Below, in pieces: positions 38,045 through 48,465 of a stretch of 64,000 bases of DNA; position 1 is the first letter of the stretch, and each line of letters starts with the position of its first letter. A model generated the notes under the pieces. That model worked only from the letters and a program-made list of their open reading frames with translations, had not been told where the DNA came from and searched no databases. The position numbers and the translations under genes are program-made. This stretch comes from an uncultured Actinomycetota bacterium (lineage in GTDB: Bacteria > Actinomycetota > Actinomycetes > Propionibacteriales > Nocardioidaceae). The DNA is taken from assembly GCA_963742785.1 (NCBI GenBank), contig CAVUNI010000003.1:436692-500691 (forward strand). The letters are read 5' to 3'.

Positions 38045-38835
38045 ATGGAGATGGGCGCCTTGATGCCGGGGAGCGGGTCGTAGCCCTCGACGGTGATGTG
38101 CTCGAGGTCGAACCCGTCGATCGTTGTGACCGACGGGTCGAGGCGAAGGGTCGGCAGGGACCGGGGCTCGCGGGTGAGCTGCAGCTCGGCCTGCTCGAGG
38201 TGGTTGAGGTAGAGGTGCGCGTCGCCGAAGGTGTGCACGAAGTCCCCGACCTCGAGGCCGGTCACCTGCGCGATCATGTGCGTCAGCAAGGCGTACGACG
38301 CGATGTTGAACGGCACGCCGAGGAACACGTCGGCCGAGCGCTGGTAGAGCTGGCAGCTGAGCTTTCCGCCCGCCACGTAGAACTGGAACATCGTGTGGCA
38401 CGGCGCCAGCGCCATGTCCGGGACGTCGGCGACGTTCCACGCCGAGACGATGTGACGCCGTGAGTCGGGGTTGGTGCGGATCTGCTCGACCACCTGCGCG
38501 AGCTGGTCGATGTGGCGTCCGTCAGGCGTCGGCCACGAGCGCCACTGGTAGCCGTAGATCGGTCCCAGGTCGCCGTTGGCGTCGGCCCACTCGTCCCAGA
38601 TCGAGATGCCACGGTCCTGCAGCCACTTGACGTTGGTGTCGCCGCGCATGAACCACAGCAGCTCCCCGAATACCGACCTGGTGTGCACCTTCTTCGTGGT
38701 CAGCAGCGGGAACCCCTCGGCGAGCTCGAAGCGCATCTGGTGCCCGAAGACGCTGCGGGTGCCGGTGCCGGTGCGGTCGGACTTCTCGACTCCTTCGTCG
38801 AGGATCCGCCGGAGGAGGTCGAGGTACGCCTGCAT
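38041..38835 (-). CDS. thyA: Thymidylate synthase
   Basis: [46 protein letters not shown]. Confidence 0.97.
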
Positions 38836-38940
38836 GGTCTCAACTTACTTCGGGGTCCCCGCGTAATCGTGGTCGACGCGAGCGAAGCGAGTTCCACTCA
38901 CGATTTCGTGGGGTGTTTTACCCGTGGAAGGCTTGGTGCC

Positions 38941-39777
38941 ATGGTCATCGGACTCGGTGCGGCGCTCGTTGCGGCCGTGCTGTTCGGGGTCGGGGCCGTG
39001 GTCCAGGCGGTCGCCGTCCGGCGCCACGGGCTGATCTCGCCGATGATGGCCGTCGTCGTCGGCCTCTACCTCGCGGGCTGGCTGCTCCACGTCGTCGCGA
39101 TCGCCCTGACCCCGCTGTACGTCGCCCAGGTCGGCACCGCCTTGTCGCTGGCGATCACGGCGTTGGTGGCCGCATGGGTGGTCGGCGAACCCCTCTCGCG
39201 CCGCCACTGGCTCGCCATCGCGGCGCAGGTGGGCGGGTTGGGGCTGCTCGCCCTGTCGGCGGGCGACGTGGGCAACCACGACGTCAGCGCGGTGGACGCG
39301 GTGGTGCTCTGCGCGGGTCTCTTGGTGCTGCTCCTGCTCGGGATCGTGGTGGTACGCCGCCCCGGGCCCCGCAACGGGCTCGCCCTCGGCGTACTCGCCG
39401 GTCTCGCATTCGCCGGCTCCCCCATCGCCTCGCGCCCGCTCGCCGAACCCGACCTCGACCTCGCCACCGCGGCGACCCTGATGGTGATCGGGCTGTACGG
39501 CCTGCTCGGGTTCTGGCTCTATTCCATCGCGTTGAGCCGCGTCTCGGTCACCGCCGCGACCGCCCCCGTGATCCTTCTCCAGACCCTCGTCCCGGCGCTG
39601 GTCGGTGTGCTGGCCTTCTCCGACGAGGTGAGGGCCGGCTGGTGGCCGGTCGGCGTGCTCGGCCTCATCATCAGCACGACCAGCGCCCTGGTGCTCAGCG
39701 GCGCCGACAGCCACCTCGAGCACCTCGACGAGATGGGCCACGACCCGATGGTTGGATGGACCCATGACGAGCGCTGA
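38941..39777 (+). CDS. DMT-superfamily integral membrane protein
   Basis: About 9 hydrophobic segments, ALTPLYVAQ motif; first gene of a coupled four-gene run. Confidence 0.65.
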   Translation: MVIGLGAALVAAVLFGVGAVVQAVAVRRHGLISPMMAVVVGLYLAGWLLHVVAIALTPLYVAQVGTALSLAITALVAAWVVGEPLSRRHWLAIAAQVGGLGLLALSAGDVGNHDVSAVDAVVLCAGLLVLLLLGIVVVRRPGPRNGLALGVLAGLAFAGSPIASRPLAEPDLDLATAATLMVIGLYGLLGFWLYSIALSRVSVTAATAPVILLQTLVPALVGVLAFSDEVRAGWWPVGVLGLIISTTSALVLSGADSHLEHLDEMGHDPMVGWTHDER

Positions 39778-40315
39778 CGTCTCCGCGCGGGTCGCGTGGG
39801 CGGAGGACGCGCCCGCCATCGCGGCGGTCCAGGTCCGCGCCTGGCGCACGACGTACGCCGACCTCCTGCCAGCCGAGGTCCTCGCCGCCCTCGACGCCGA
39901 CAACATCGCGTCCGTCTGGCGCACCTCACTCGGCCGCCCGGAGGACGCACGCAACCGGGTCCTGGTCGCGCTCGAGCGCAACCTGGTCACCGGCTTCGTG
40001 GTGACGGGGCCGGCCGGCGACCCCGACTGCGACCCGGTCGCCACCGGTGAGCTCGCCGACCTCACCGTCGACCCGCACAAGCGCCGGGCCGGGCACGGTT
40101 CGCGGCTGCTCCAGGCGGCCGCGGACACGCTCGTGGCCGACCGGTTCACCCACGCCGTCACTTGGCTGCCCGCCGACGACGACGACCTGCGTGCGTTCCT
40201 CACCGCCGCCGGCTGGGGACCCGACGGTGCGCATCGGACCCTCGACCTGCTCGGCGACGGCACCACGACCGTGAAGCAGGTGCGACTGCACACCGCGCTG
40301 GTCGACGCCGGCTGA
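39764..40315 (+). CDS. GNAT family N-acetyltransferase
   Basis: QVRAWRTTYADLLP, LTVDPHKRRAGHGSRLL, GWGPDG. Confidence 0.85.
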   Translation: MTSADVSARVAWAEDAPAIAAVQVRAWRTTYADLLPAEVLAALDADNIASVWRTSLGRPEDARNRVLVALERNLVTGFVVTGPAGDPDCDPVATGELADLTVDPHKRRAGHGSRLLQAAADTLVADRFTHAVTWLPADDDDLRAFLTAAGWGPDGAHRTLDLLGDGTTTVKQVRLHTALVDAG

Positions 40316-41019
40316 TGGTGACCGACTCCACCACCCGGACGATCGTCCGGGACGGGATCGCTGTGGGCATCGCCACCGGGGCCTACGGGATCTCCTTCGG
40401 TGCGATCTCGGTGGCCAGCGGCCTGAGCGTGTGGCAGACGTGCGCGCTCTCGCTGCTGGTGTTCACCGGTGCCTCCCAGTTCGCGCTGGTCGGGGTGATC
40501 GGCTCCGGGGGGACGCCGTTCTTCGGTGCCCTGTCCGGTCTGCTGCTCGGAACGCGCAACACGCTCTACGGCCTCAAGGTGGCTCCCATGCTGCAGTGGC
40601 GCGGGGTACGACGCGCGGCCGCGGCCCACATCCTCATCGACGAGTCCTCGGCGATGACGTTGACCCGGACCACCCGTGAGCACGCCCGGGCAGGCTTCCT
40701 GTCGACCGGGCTGTCGGTGCTCGTCCTGTGGAACCTCGCAACCCTGGCCGGAGCGCTGGCCGGAGACTCGCTTGGCGACCCGCGCAGCTACGGTCTCGAC
40801 GCTGCCGTCGGCGGGGCCTTCCTCGGCCTGCTCTGGCCCCGCCTCGACACGGTGCGCAACCGGGTCGCAGCGCTGCTCGGCGCGGCAGTGGCCCTCTCGC
40901 TGGTGTCGGTGACCCCGGCAGGCGTGCCCGTGCTCGCGGCCTCCGTCGTGGCGCTCGGCATGGCGCTGATGAGCCCCACTGACGAGCCCGAGGACCGACC
41001 CACCGACGAGGACACATGA
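40315..41019 (+). CDS. azlC: AzlC family branched-chain amino acid exporter subunit
   Basis: GISFGA, SLLVFTGASQFA, RNTLYGL, LIDES, GLDAA; TGATG overlap with the GNAT gene. Confidence 0.85.
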   Translation: MVTDSTTRTIVRDGIAVGIATGAYGISFGAISVASGLSVWQTCALSLLVFTGASQFALVGVIGSGGTPFFGALSGLLLGTRNTLYGLKVAPMLQWRGVRRAAAAHILIDESSAMTLTRTTREHARAGFLSTGLSVLVLWNLATLAGALAGDSLGDPRSYGLDAAVGGAFLGLLWPRLDTVRNRVAALLGAAVALSLVSVTPAGVPVLAASVVALGMALMSPTDEPEDRPTDEDT

Positions 41020-41324
41020 TCTGGCTCGCCGTGATCGGCTGCGGGGTCGGCTGCTACCTGCTCAAGCTGGCCGGGATGTCGGTGTCGGAACGGGCCCTCG
41101 CGCATCCCCTCGTACGACGCACCGCCGACCTGCTCCCCGTCGTACTCCTCGCAGCGCTGGTGGCCGTCCAGGTGTTCGTGTCGCGGGGCAGCGACGGCCC
41201 GCAGCTGACCATCGACGCCCGGCTCGCGGGCCTGGGTGCGGCCTTCGTGGCGCTGCTGCTGCGTCTGCCGTTCATCGTCGTGGTGTTCGTCGCCGCGCTG
41301 ACCGCCGCGCTGATCCGGCTCTAG
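41016..41324 (+). CDS. azlD: AzlD domain protein
   Basis: YLLKLAG, LLAALVAVQ, DARLAG; ATGA overlap with azlC. Confidence 0.82.
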   Translation: MIWLAVIGCGVGCYLLKLAGMSVSERALAHPLVRRTADLLPVVLLAALVAVQVFVSRGSDGPQLTIDARLAGLGAAFVALLLRLPFIVVVFVAALTAALIRL

Positions 41325-41420
41325 CGGTTCTGCCTGGGGCTCGTCCGGGGCGCCCGAGATGGCCCCGGACGAGCCAGCCGACCCGTCTGGGGCCGGGGGC
41401 GGGGGTGGAACAGATGTGGC

Positions 41421-41499
41421 GGGCGAGGGGCCCGTGTGCCCAGCACGGGCCCCTCGCCCCGGGGACTCCTGACCTCCGGTGGGGGGAGGGAGGTCAGGA
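41421..41499. terminator. Two hairpins between convergent azlD and the M4 peptidase gene
   Basis: GGGCGAGGGGCCCGTG-N7-CACGGGCCCCTCGCCC (41421-41459, perfect 16 bp) and TCCTGACCTCC-N11-GGAGGTCAGGA (41467-41499). Confidence 0.65.
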
Positions 41500-43104
41500 C
41501 ACGGAGACCGCGCTCCATGCAGCGGCAACCGTGGTGTATTGGGTGCTGTTCACGCCGTAGAGGTCTCTGGCGGCGTTCTGCGTGGCGATCCGGGCGCCCT
41601 TGTAGTTGGTGCTGGATGTCATGTAGACCGTCAGCGCCCGGTACCAGATCTTCTCAGCATCGGTGCGACCGATTCCTGTGATCGTCGCGCCGTTGCAGGT
41701 CGGGGAGTTGTGCGCGACGCCGCCGATCGTCTTGGCGCCGGACCCTTCGGCCAGCAGGTAGTAGAAGTGGTTGCCTATGCCCGAGCTGTAGTGGACGTCG
41801 ACGTTCCCGGCGTTGCTCGACCAGCAGTTCAGCGAGCTGCCGTCAGCGGCTGGGTTGTCCATCCGGCGCAGACCGTCGTGGTTTGCCAGGTCGAACTCCT
41901 CGCCGATGAGGTAGTCGCCCGGGTCGTTGGGGTTGGCGGCGAAGAACTCGACCATCGTGCCGAAGATGTCCGAGGTCGCTTCGTTGAGCCCGCCGGACTC
42001 ACCGGAATAGGTCAGACCCGCGGTGTTCTCGGTGACGCCGTGGCTCATCTCGTGGCCGGCGACGTCGAGCGAGACGAGCGGACCGTAGTTGGTCCCGTCG
42101 CCGTCGCCGTAGGTCATCTTGGTGCCGTCCCAGAAGGCGTTGACGTAGTTCTGCCCGTAGTGGACCCGGTTGAAGGAGCCGGTGCCGTTGCCGAAGATCC
42201 CGCTCCGGCCGAACACGCTCTGGTAGTAGTCCCAGGTCTCGTTGCTGCCGTACTGCGCGTCGGCGCCTGCGGTCGCCCGGTTGGCGTTCGTGCCGTTGCC
42301 GAACGTGGTCGTGGCGCTGGTGATCTGCGTCCCGGGCTTGCACCCGCTGCCGAAGATCTGGCACAGGACGGAGTCCGAGGTGTTGTTCATGTCGGTCGTG
42401 TAGGTGTTCCCCCGCACGCCGGCGTTCTTGAGCTGGTAGGTCGATCCCGACTGCGTGACGCTCAGCGGGACCGTGCCGCTGTAGAGCGTCTGACCCGAGC
42501 CGTCGACGTTGACGATCTCCTGCTCGGCCCGGATCACAGCGCCGGTCTTCGCGTCGACGTACGTCGCGAGACGACTCGGCGTGCCGTCGGACTGCACGCC
42601 TCCGCTCATCACCTTCCATGCCAGACGGGGGGTGGCACCGAAGGCGTCGACGACGAGGGAGGAGCCGTCGACCTTGATGTTCTTGATGCTGCGGTTCACC
42701 GCACTCGGGGCCAGCGCCTTGGCGTTCGCAGCGGCGCTGGTGACCGCCGGGGTCGCCGCAAGGCTGAGGGTCCTGTCCAGAGTGAGGCTGCCGCCCTTCC
42801 AGGTCCCGGCCTTGGACTGGTGGACCACCAGGTCACCGCCGACGACGTCGAGGCCGCGATAGGTGCGCTGCAGGCGCACGTGGGTGGTGCCGTCGGGGTC
42901 GACGATGGTGTCGACCGCCTTGAATTCCTGGGCGCTGCCGAACCTGGTGGCGCCGGGGTGAGCCTTCGCAGCTGCGATGGCGCTGTCTGCGCGTGACGTC
43001 GCGACCGTGCCACCGGCCCCGGAAGCAGGGGCAACCGACAGTCCGGCAACAGCCGTCGACACCGCCAGAATGGCGGTACCGAAGAGCGTCACGCTCGAGC
43101 GCAT
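41494..43104 (-). CDS. Secreted M4 (thermolysin/griselysin-like) zinc metalloprotease, prepro form
   Basis: Signal peptide, FTP/PepSY prodomain (HVRLQRTYRGLDVVGG), NAFWDG, HEMSH (HExxH), GGLNEATSD, VHYSSG. Confidence 0.93.
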   Translation of the reverse strand: MRSSVTLFGTAILAVSTAVAGLSVAPASGAGGTVATSRADSAIAAAKAHPGATRFGSAQEFKAVDTIVDPDGTTHVRLQRTYRGLDVVGGDLVVHQSKAGTWKGGSLTLDRTLSLAATPAVTSAAANAKALAPSAVNRSIKNIKVDGSSLVVDAFGATPRLAWKVMSGGVQSDGTPSRLATYVDAKTGAVIRAEQEIVNVDGSGQTLYSGTVPLSVTQSGSTYQLKNAGVRGNTYTTDMNNTSDSVLCQIFGSGCKPGTQITSATTTFGNGTNANRATAGADAQYGSNETWDYYQSVFGRSGIFGNGTGSFNRVHYGQNYVNAFWDGTKMTYGDGDGTNYGPLVSLDVAGHEMSHGVTENTAGLTYSGESGGLNEATSDIFGTMVEFFAANPNDPGDYLIGEEFDLANHDGLRRMDNPAADGSSLNCWSSNAGNVDVHYSSGIGNHFYYLLAEGSGAKTIGGVAHNSPTCNGATITGIGRTDAEKIWYRALTVYMTSSTNYKGARIATQNAARDLYGVNSTQYTTVAAAWSAVSVS

Positions 43105-43253
43105 CTAAATCCTTCACGCCTTGGGCGAGGAGGATCCCAGCGATCCCCCGTCCACACCAGCGTGCCCGCCATCCACTGCAATGGCACCTGCGAGCCGCCT
43201 TCACATGATTGCTTTGCACAAACGTGCAGCAATGCAGGAATGCGCGAGGAGTC

Positions 43254-44027
<774 letters not shown>

Positions 44028-44046
44028 TTAGCGAGGCGTCCTGGCG

Positions 44047-44208
44047 CTAGAGAACGCCGCCACCACCGAACGGGATGTCGCGGACGCCGTCCTTCTGACG
44101 GTCGAGGTGACCCTGCCCGCGTTCATCGGTGAGCTGGTGGCGGATCTGGGCGGTCTCCCACCGCGAGCGACGCCAGGCTTTCCACCAGCGGATCAGCAGG
44201 CTCTTCAT
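44047..44208 (-). CDS. Small 53-aa Trp/Arg-rich protein, not in the ORF track
   Basis: MKSLLIRWWKAWRRSRWETAQIRHQLTDERGQGHLDRQKDGVRDIPFGGGGVL; high GC3; GAGAAT 7 nt upstream of the ATG; fills the M16-dapB gap in the same orientation. Confidence 0.55.
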   Translation of the reverse strand: MKSLLIRWWKAWRRSRWETAQIRHQLTDERGQGHLDRQKDGVRDIPFGGGGVL

Positions 44209-44282
44209 GCGACCCATTCTCTAGGTCTCTGGGCAGAAGGGATGCAGCTTCAGCCGAATGAGCCACAAACCCGGCTCACGCC

Positions 44283-45542
44283 TCAGTGCGCCGGGCCTAC
44301 CTGTGCCAGCGTCTGGGGCCGGGTGAACAGCTCACCGGCGAGGTCGTGCACGTCCTTCGGGGTCACGGCGTCGAGGCGCTCGAGGACCTCGTCGACCGAG
44401 CGGAGCCGACGCTGGAACAGCTCGGCCTCGCCGAGGCGGCTCATCCGTGAGGCACTGTCCTCGAGGCTGAGCACCAGACCACCGCGGGCCTGGCCCTTGC
44501 CGCGCTCGACCTCCTCCTCGGACATGCCCGACTCGGCGACCCTCGCGAGCTCGTCGCGGACGACCCGAAGGAGGTCGTCGGCCTTGCTGGGCAACGATCC
44601 TGCGGCGACGCCGACCATGCCGGCGTCGGAGTAGCCGAGGCCGAAGGAGTAGACCGAGTAGGCCAGCCCGCGCCGCTCGCGGACCTCCTGGAAGAGCCGC
44701 GAGCTTGATCCCCCACCGAGGGCGGCGTTGAGCACGCTGAGCGTGTAGCGGCGCGGGTCGGACCGGGTCAGGCCCTGCATGCCGAGCACGACGCTCACCT
44801 GCTCGAAGGGCCTGGAGGCCGAGACCTCCCCGGCCTTCAGCGGGCGCGGTCGTGCTGCGACACGGGGGCCGGCCGGAGCGGCATCGCGGTCGAGGAACCC
44901 GTTTCGGGAGAAGGCCTTGCGCGTGCGGCGTACGGCGTCGGCGTGGTCGACGTTGCCGGCCACGGCGATCGTCATCACCTCGGGACGGTAGCGCCGCCGG
45001 TAGTAGCCGGAGACCTGCGCGCGGGAGAGCGCCTTGATCGAGTCAGTGGTCCCCGCGATCGGACGGGCAAGTGGCGTGCCGGCCCAGGCCGTCGCGGCGA
45101 ACAGGTTGTGCACCACGTCGTCGGGGTCGTCGTCGTGCATCGCGATCTCGTCGAGGATCACGTCACGCTCGGCCTCGAGGTCCTCCGCGGTGATCAACGA
45201 GGACGTGACCATGTCCCCGAGCACGTCGAGCGCCATCGGCAGGGCGTCGTCGAGCACCCTCGCGTGGTAGCAGGTGTACTCCCGAGCCGTGTAGGCGTTG
45301 AACTCCCCGCCGACCTCGTCGAGGGCGGAGGAGATGTCCATGGCCGAGCGGGTCGGGGTGCCCTTGAACAGCAGGTGTTCCAGGAAGTGCGACGCGCCGT
45401 TGAGCTGCGCCGCCTCGTCCCTGGAACCGACCTGCACGAACACCCCGACCGCTACGGAGCGGACTCCGGGCATGTGCTCGGTTACGACGCGCAGACCGCC
45501 CTTGAGAACGGTCCGGCGTACGCCGCCGGGCAGGCTCGTCAA
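44283..45542 (-). CDS. M16 family zinc peptidase
   Basis: GASHFLEHLLFKGT (HxxEH), GGEFNAYT, SSRLFQEVRERRGLAYSVYS; follows pnp as usual. Confidence 0.93.
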   Translation of the reverse strand: MTSLPGGVRRTVLKGGLRVVTEHMPGVRSVAVGVFVQVGSRDEAAQLNGASHFLEHLLFKGTPTRSAMDISSALDEVGGEFNAYTAREYTCYHARVLDDALPMALDVLGDMVTSSLITAEDLEAERDVILDEIAMHDDDPDDVVHNLFAATAWAGTPLARPIAGTTDSIKALSRAQVSGYYRRRYRPEVMTIAVAGNVDHADAVRRTRKAFSRNGFLDRDAAPAGPRVAARPRPLKAGEVSASRPFEQVSVVLGMQGLTRSDPRRYTLSVLNAALGGGSSSRLFQEVRERRGLAYSVYSFGLGYSDAGMVGVAAGSLPSKADDLLRVVRDELARVAESGMSEEEVERGKGQARGGLVLSLEDSASRMSRLGEAELFQRRLRSVDEVLERLDAVTPKDVHDLAGELFTRPQTLAQVGPAH

Positions 45543-45575
45543 CGCGTCCCCATCGATGAAGGGGTCAACGAATGG

Positions 45576-47801
45576 TCACTCGTCGTCGGAGGCGTCGTCC
45601 GACTCGGAGTCGGACTCACCCTCGTCCACCACCGGCACCAGCGAGAGCTTGCCGCGGTCGTCGATCTCGGCGATCTGGACCTGGAGCTTCTGACCGACGG
45701 AGACGACGTCATCGACGTTGTCCACCCGCTTGCCACCGGCGAGGGCACGGAGCTTGCTGATGTGCAGCAGGCCGTCCTTGCCGGGCAGCAGCGAGACGAA
45801 CGCGCCGAAGTTGGTCGTCTTCACCACGGTGCCGAGGTAGCGCTCGCCGACCTCGGGCATCGTCGGGTTGGCAATCGCGTTGACCGCAGCGCGCGCGGCC
45901 TCGGCCGCCTCGCCGTTGGTCGCACCGATGTAGACCGTGCCGTCGTCCTCGATCGACAGGGTCGCACCCGTGTCGTCCTGGATCTGGTTGATCACCTTGC
46001 CCTTGGGCCCGATGACCTCGCCGATCTTGTCGACGGGGACCCGCACGCTGATGATGCGCGGCGCGTGCACCGACATCTCCTCGGGCTCGCTGATCGCCTC
46101 GGCCATCACGTCGAGGATCGCCAGACGGGCGTCGCGTGCCTGGGTCAGCGCAGCACCGAGCACCTCGGCGGGGATGCCGTCGAGCTTGGTGTCGAGCTGG
46201 AGCGCGGTGACGAACTCGCGCGTGCCGGCGACCTTGAAGTCCATGTCGCCGAAGGCGTCCTCGGCTCCGAGGATGTCGGTCAGCGCGACGTACTCGGTGT
46301 TGCCGTCGACCTCGCCGGTGATCAGACCCATGGCGATGCCCGCGACGGATGCGCGCAGCGGCACACCTGCCTGGAGCAGCGACAGCGTCGAGGCACAGAC
46401 CGAGCCCATCGAGGTGGAGCCGTTGGAGCCCATCGCCTCGGAGAGCTGACGGATCGCGTAGGGGAACTCCTCACGCGGCGGCAGCACGGGCAGGATCGCA
46501 CGACGCGCGAGCGCACCGTGGCCGACCTCGCGGCGCTTCGGCGAACCGACGCGACCCGTCTCACCGGTGGAGAACGGCGGGAAGACGTACTTGTGCATGT
46601 AACGACGCGCCTTCTCCGGGGAGAGCGTGTCGAGCTTCTGCTCCAGGGTCAGCATGTTCAGCGTGGAGACGCCCAGGATCTGGGTCTCGCCCCGCTCGAA
46701 CAGCGCTGAACCGTGCACCCTCGGGATGACCCCGACCTCGGCGGACAACGTCCGGATGTCGGTGAGGCCACGACCGTCGATGCGGACCTTGTCGCGCAGC
46801 ACCCGCTCGCGGACCAGGCTCTTGTTCACCGCGCGGAACGCGGCGCCGATCTCCTTCTCACGGTCCTCGAACTTGGCACCGAGGGACTCCAGGACGGAGG
46901 CCTTGATGTCGTCGAGTCGCTCCTCGCGCTCGTGCTTGCCCGCGATGGTCAGCGCCTGGGCGACGTCACTCTTGGCCGCCTGCTCCACGGCGTCGTAGAC
47001 GTCCTCCTCGAAGTCGAGGAAGACCGGGAACTCCTGCACCGGCTTGGCTGCCTGGTTGGCCAGCTCCTGCTGGGCCTCGCAGAGCTGCTTGATGAACGGC
47101 TTCGCGGCGTCCAGACCTTGGGCGACGATCTCCTCGGTCGGGGCCTGGGTGCCGGACTGGATGAGGCCCCAGGCAGTCTCGGTGGCCTCGGCCTCGACCA
47201 TCATGATCGCGACGTCGCCGGTCTCGGTGACACGGCCGGCGACGACCATGTCGAAGACGGCGTTCTCGAGCTGGCTGTGGCTCGGGAAGGCCACCCACTG
47301 GCCCTCGATCAGTGCCACGCGGGCACCGCCGACCGGGCCGGAGAACGGCAGGCCGGAGAGCTGGGTGGACAGCGAGGCGGCGTTGATCGCGAGTACGTCG
47401 TAGGGCTGGTCGGGGTCGAGAGCCAGCACGGTGATGACGACCTGGACCTCGTTGCGCAGGCCCTTCTTGAAGGTCGGGCGCAGCGGTCGGTCGATCAGGC
47501 GGCAGGTGAGGATCGCGTCCTCACCGGGGCGACCCTCGCTGCGGAAGAACGAGCCGGGGATCTGACCCACGGCGTACATCCGCTCCTCGACGTCGATCGT
47601 CAGGGGGAAGAAGTCGAACTGTTCCTTGGGGTGCTTGCCGGCGGTGGTCGCCGACAGCAGCATGGTCTCGTCGTCGAGGTAGGCGGTCACCGAACCGGCG
47701 GCCTGCCGGGCCAGCAGCCCGGTCTCGAACTTGATGGTGCGGGTGCCGAACTTGCCGTTGTCTAGAACGGTTTCGACGGCAACGATGTCGTTGTCTGACA
47801 A
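45576..47801 (-). CDS. pnp: Polyribonucleotide nucleotidyltransferase
   Basis: [40 protein letters not shown], then KH and S1 domains. Confidence 0.97.
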   Translation of the reverse strand: MSDNDIVAVETVLDNGKFGTRTIKFETGLLARQAAGSVTAYLDDETMLLSATTAGKHPKEQFDFFPLTIDVEERMYAVGQIPGSFFRSEGRPGEDAILTCRLIDRPLRPTFKKGLRNEVQVVITVLALDPDQPYDVLAINAASLSTQLSGLPFSGPVGGARVALIEGQWVAFPSHSQLENAVFDMVVAGRVTETGDVAIMMVEAEATETAWGLIQSGTQAPTEEIVAQGLDAAKPFIKQLCEAQQELANQAAKPVQEFPVFLDFEEDVYDAVEQAAKSDVAQALTIAGKHEREERLDDIKASVLESLGAKFEDREKEIGAAFRAVNKSLVRERVLRDKVRIDGRGLTDIRTLSAEVGVIPRVHGSALFERGETQILGVSTLNMLTLEQKLDTLSPEKARRYMHKYVFPPFSTGETGRVGSPKRREVGHGALARRAILPVLPPREEFPYAIRQLSEAMGSNGSTSMGSVCASTLSLLQAGVPLRASVAGIAMGLITGEVDGNTEYVALTDILGAEDAFGDMDFKVAGTREFVTALQLDTKLDGIPAEVLGAALTQARDARLAILDVMAEAISEPEEMSVHAPRIISVRVPVDKIGEVIGPKGKVINQIQDDTGATLSIEDDGTVYIGATNGEAAEAARAAVNAIANPTMPEVGERYLGTVVKTTNFGAFVSLLPGKDGLLHISKLRALAGGKRVDNVDDVVSVGQKLQVQIAEIDDRGKLSLVPVVDEGESDSESDDASDDE

Positions 47802-47851
47802 GAGTTTTCACTTCTCTCGTTCGCGGAGCGAACCGCGACCCGCGTGAGAGT

Positions 47852-47915
47852 GGCCGGTCTTCGATCGAGGTCCGCGGAACCGTCTGTTCCGAAAACCACT
47901 ACCGAGGACCGGGCC
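47852..47915 (-). ncRNA. Actino-pnp cis-regulatory RNA motif in the rpsO-pnp spacer
   Basis: Minus strand GGCCCGGUCCUCGGUAGUGG...CCUCGAUCGAAGACCGGCC stem, closed by an outer helix (47823-47838 with 47921-47934). Family recognised from memory. Confidence 0.75.
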
Positions 47916-48011
47916 GAGGCTCGCGGATCGCTCCTGGTTACTGGGTGTTCTGTTCTGTTGTGTTTTCTAGCAGAAACGCACCCACCGGACGGTGAGTGCG
48001 TTCTCAAGGCT

Positions 48012-48287
48012 TTAGCGTCGCAGGCCGAGACGAGAGACGATCGAGCGGTAGCGCTCGATGTCTGTCTTCTCAAGGTAGTTGAGAAGACGACGGCGCTGGC
48101 CCACGAGGAGCAGCAGTCCGCGACGGCTGTGGTGGTCGTGCTTGTGCTGCTTGAGGTGCTCGGTGAGATGGGAGATGCGGTGGCTCAGCAGCGCGATCTG
48201 CACCTCGGGGGAACCGGTGTCGCCCTCGACGGTGGCGTACTCGGCGATGATCTTCTTCTTGGTGTCAGCGTCAGTACCGATCGACAC
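48012..48287 (-). CDS. rpsO: 30S ribosomal protein S15
   Basis: [24 protein letters not shown]. Confidence 0.97.
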   Translation of the reverse strand: MSIGTDADTKKKIIAEYATVEGDTGSPEVQIALLSHRISHLTEHLKQHKHDHHSRRGLLLLVGQRRRLLNYLEKTDIERYRSIVSRLGLRR

Positions 48288-48289
48288 GT

Positions 48290-48410
48290 TGAACTACCCA
48301 TCTTTCGTCTCGTTGCGCGGCGCGCCGGGGCCTGTTCACCCGGGCACTCTGGTTCCGCGGCCGATTGCACGGCGGATGTCACCCGAACGGGCAACCGGAA
48401 AAGGCTATCA
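48290..48410 (-). promoter_or_regulatory. Structured rpsO 5' leader, probable S15 autoregulatory RNA
   Basis: Position plus several GC hairpins; the family assignment is inferred. Confidence 0.45.
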
Positions 48411-48465
48411 GCGGACGGCCTGACACCGAAATCGTGGACCTCTCGCCTCGTGCGAGGATCGTTTC

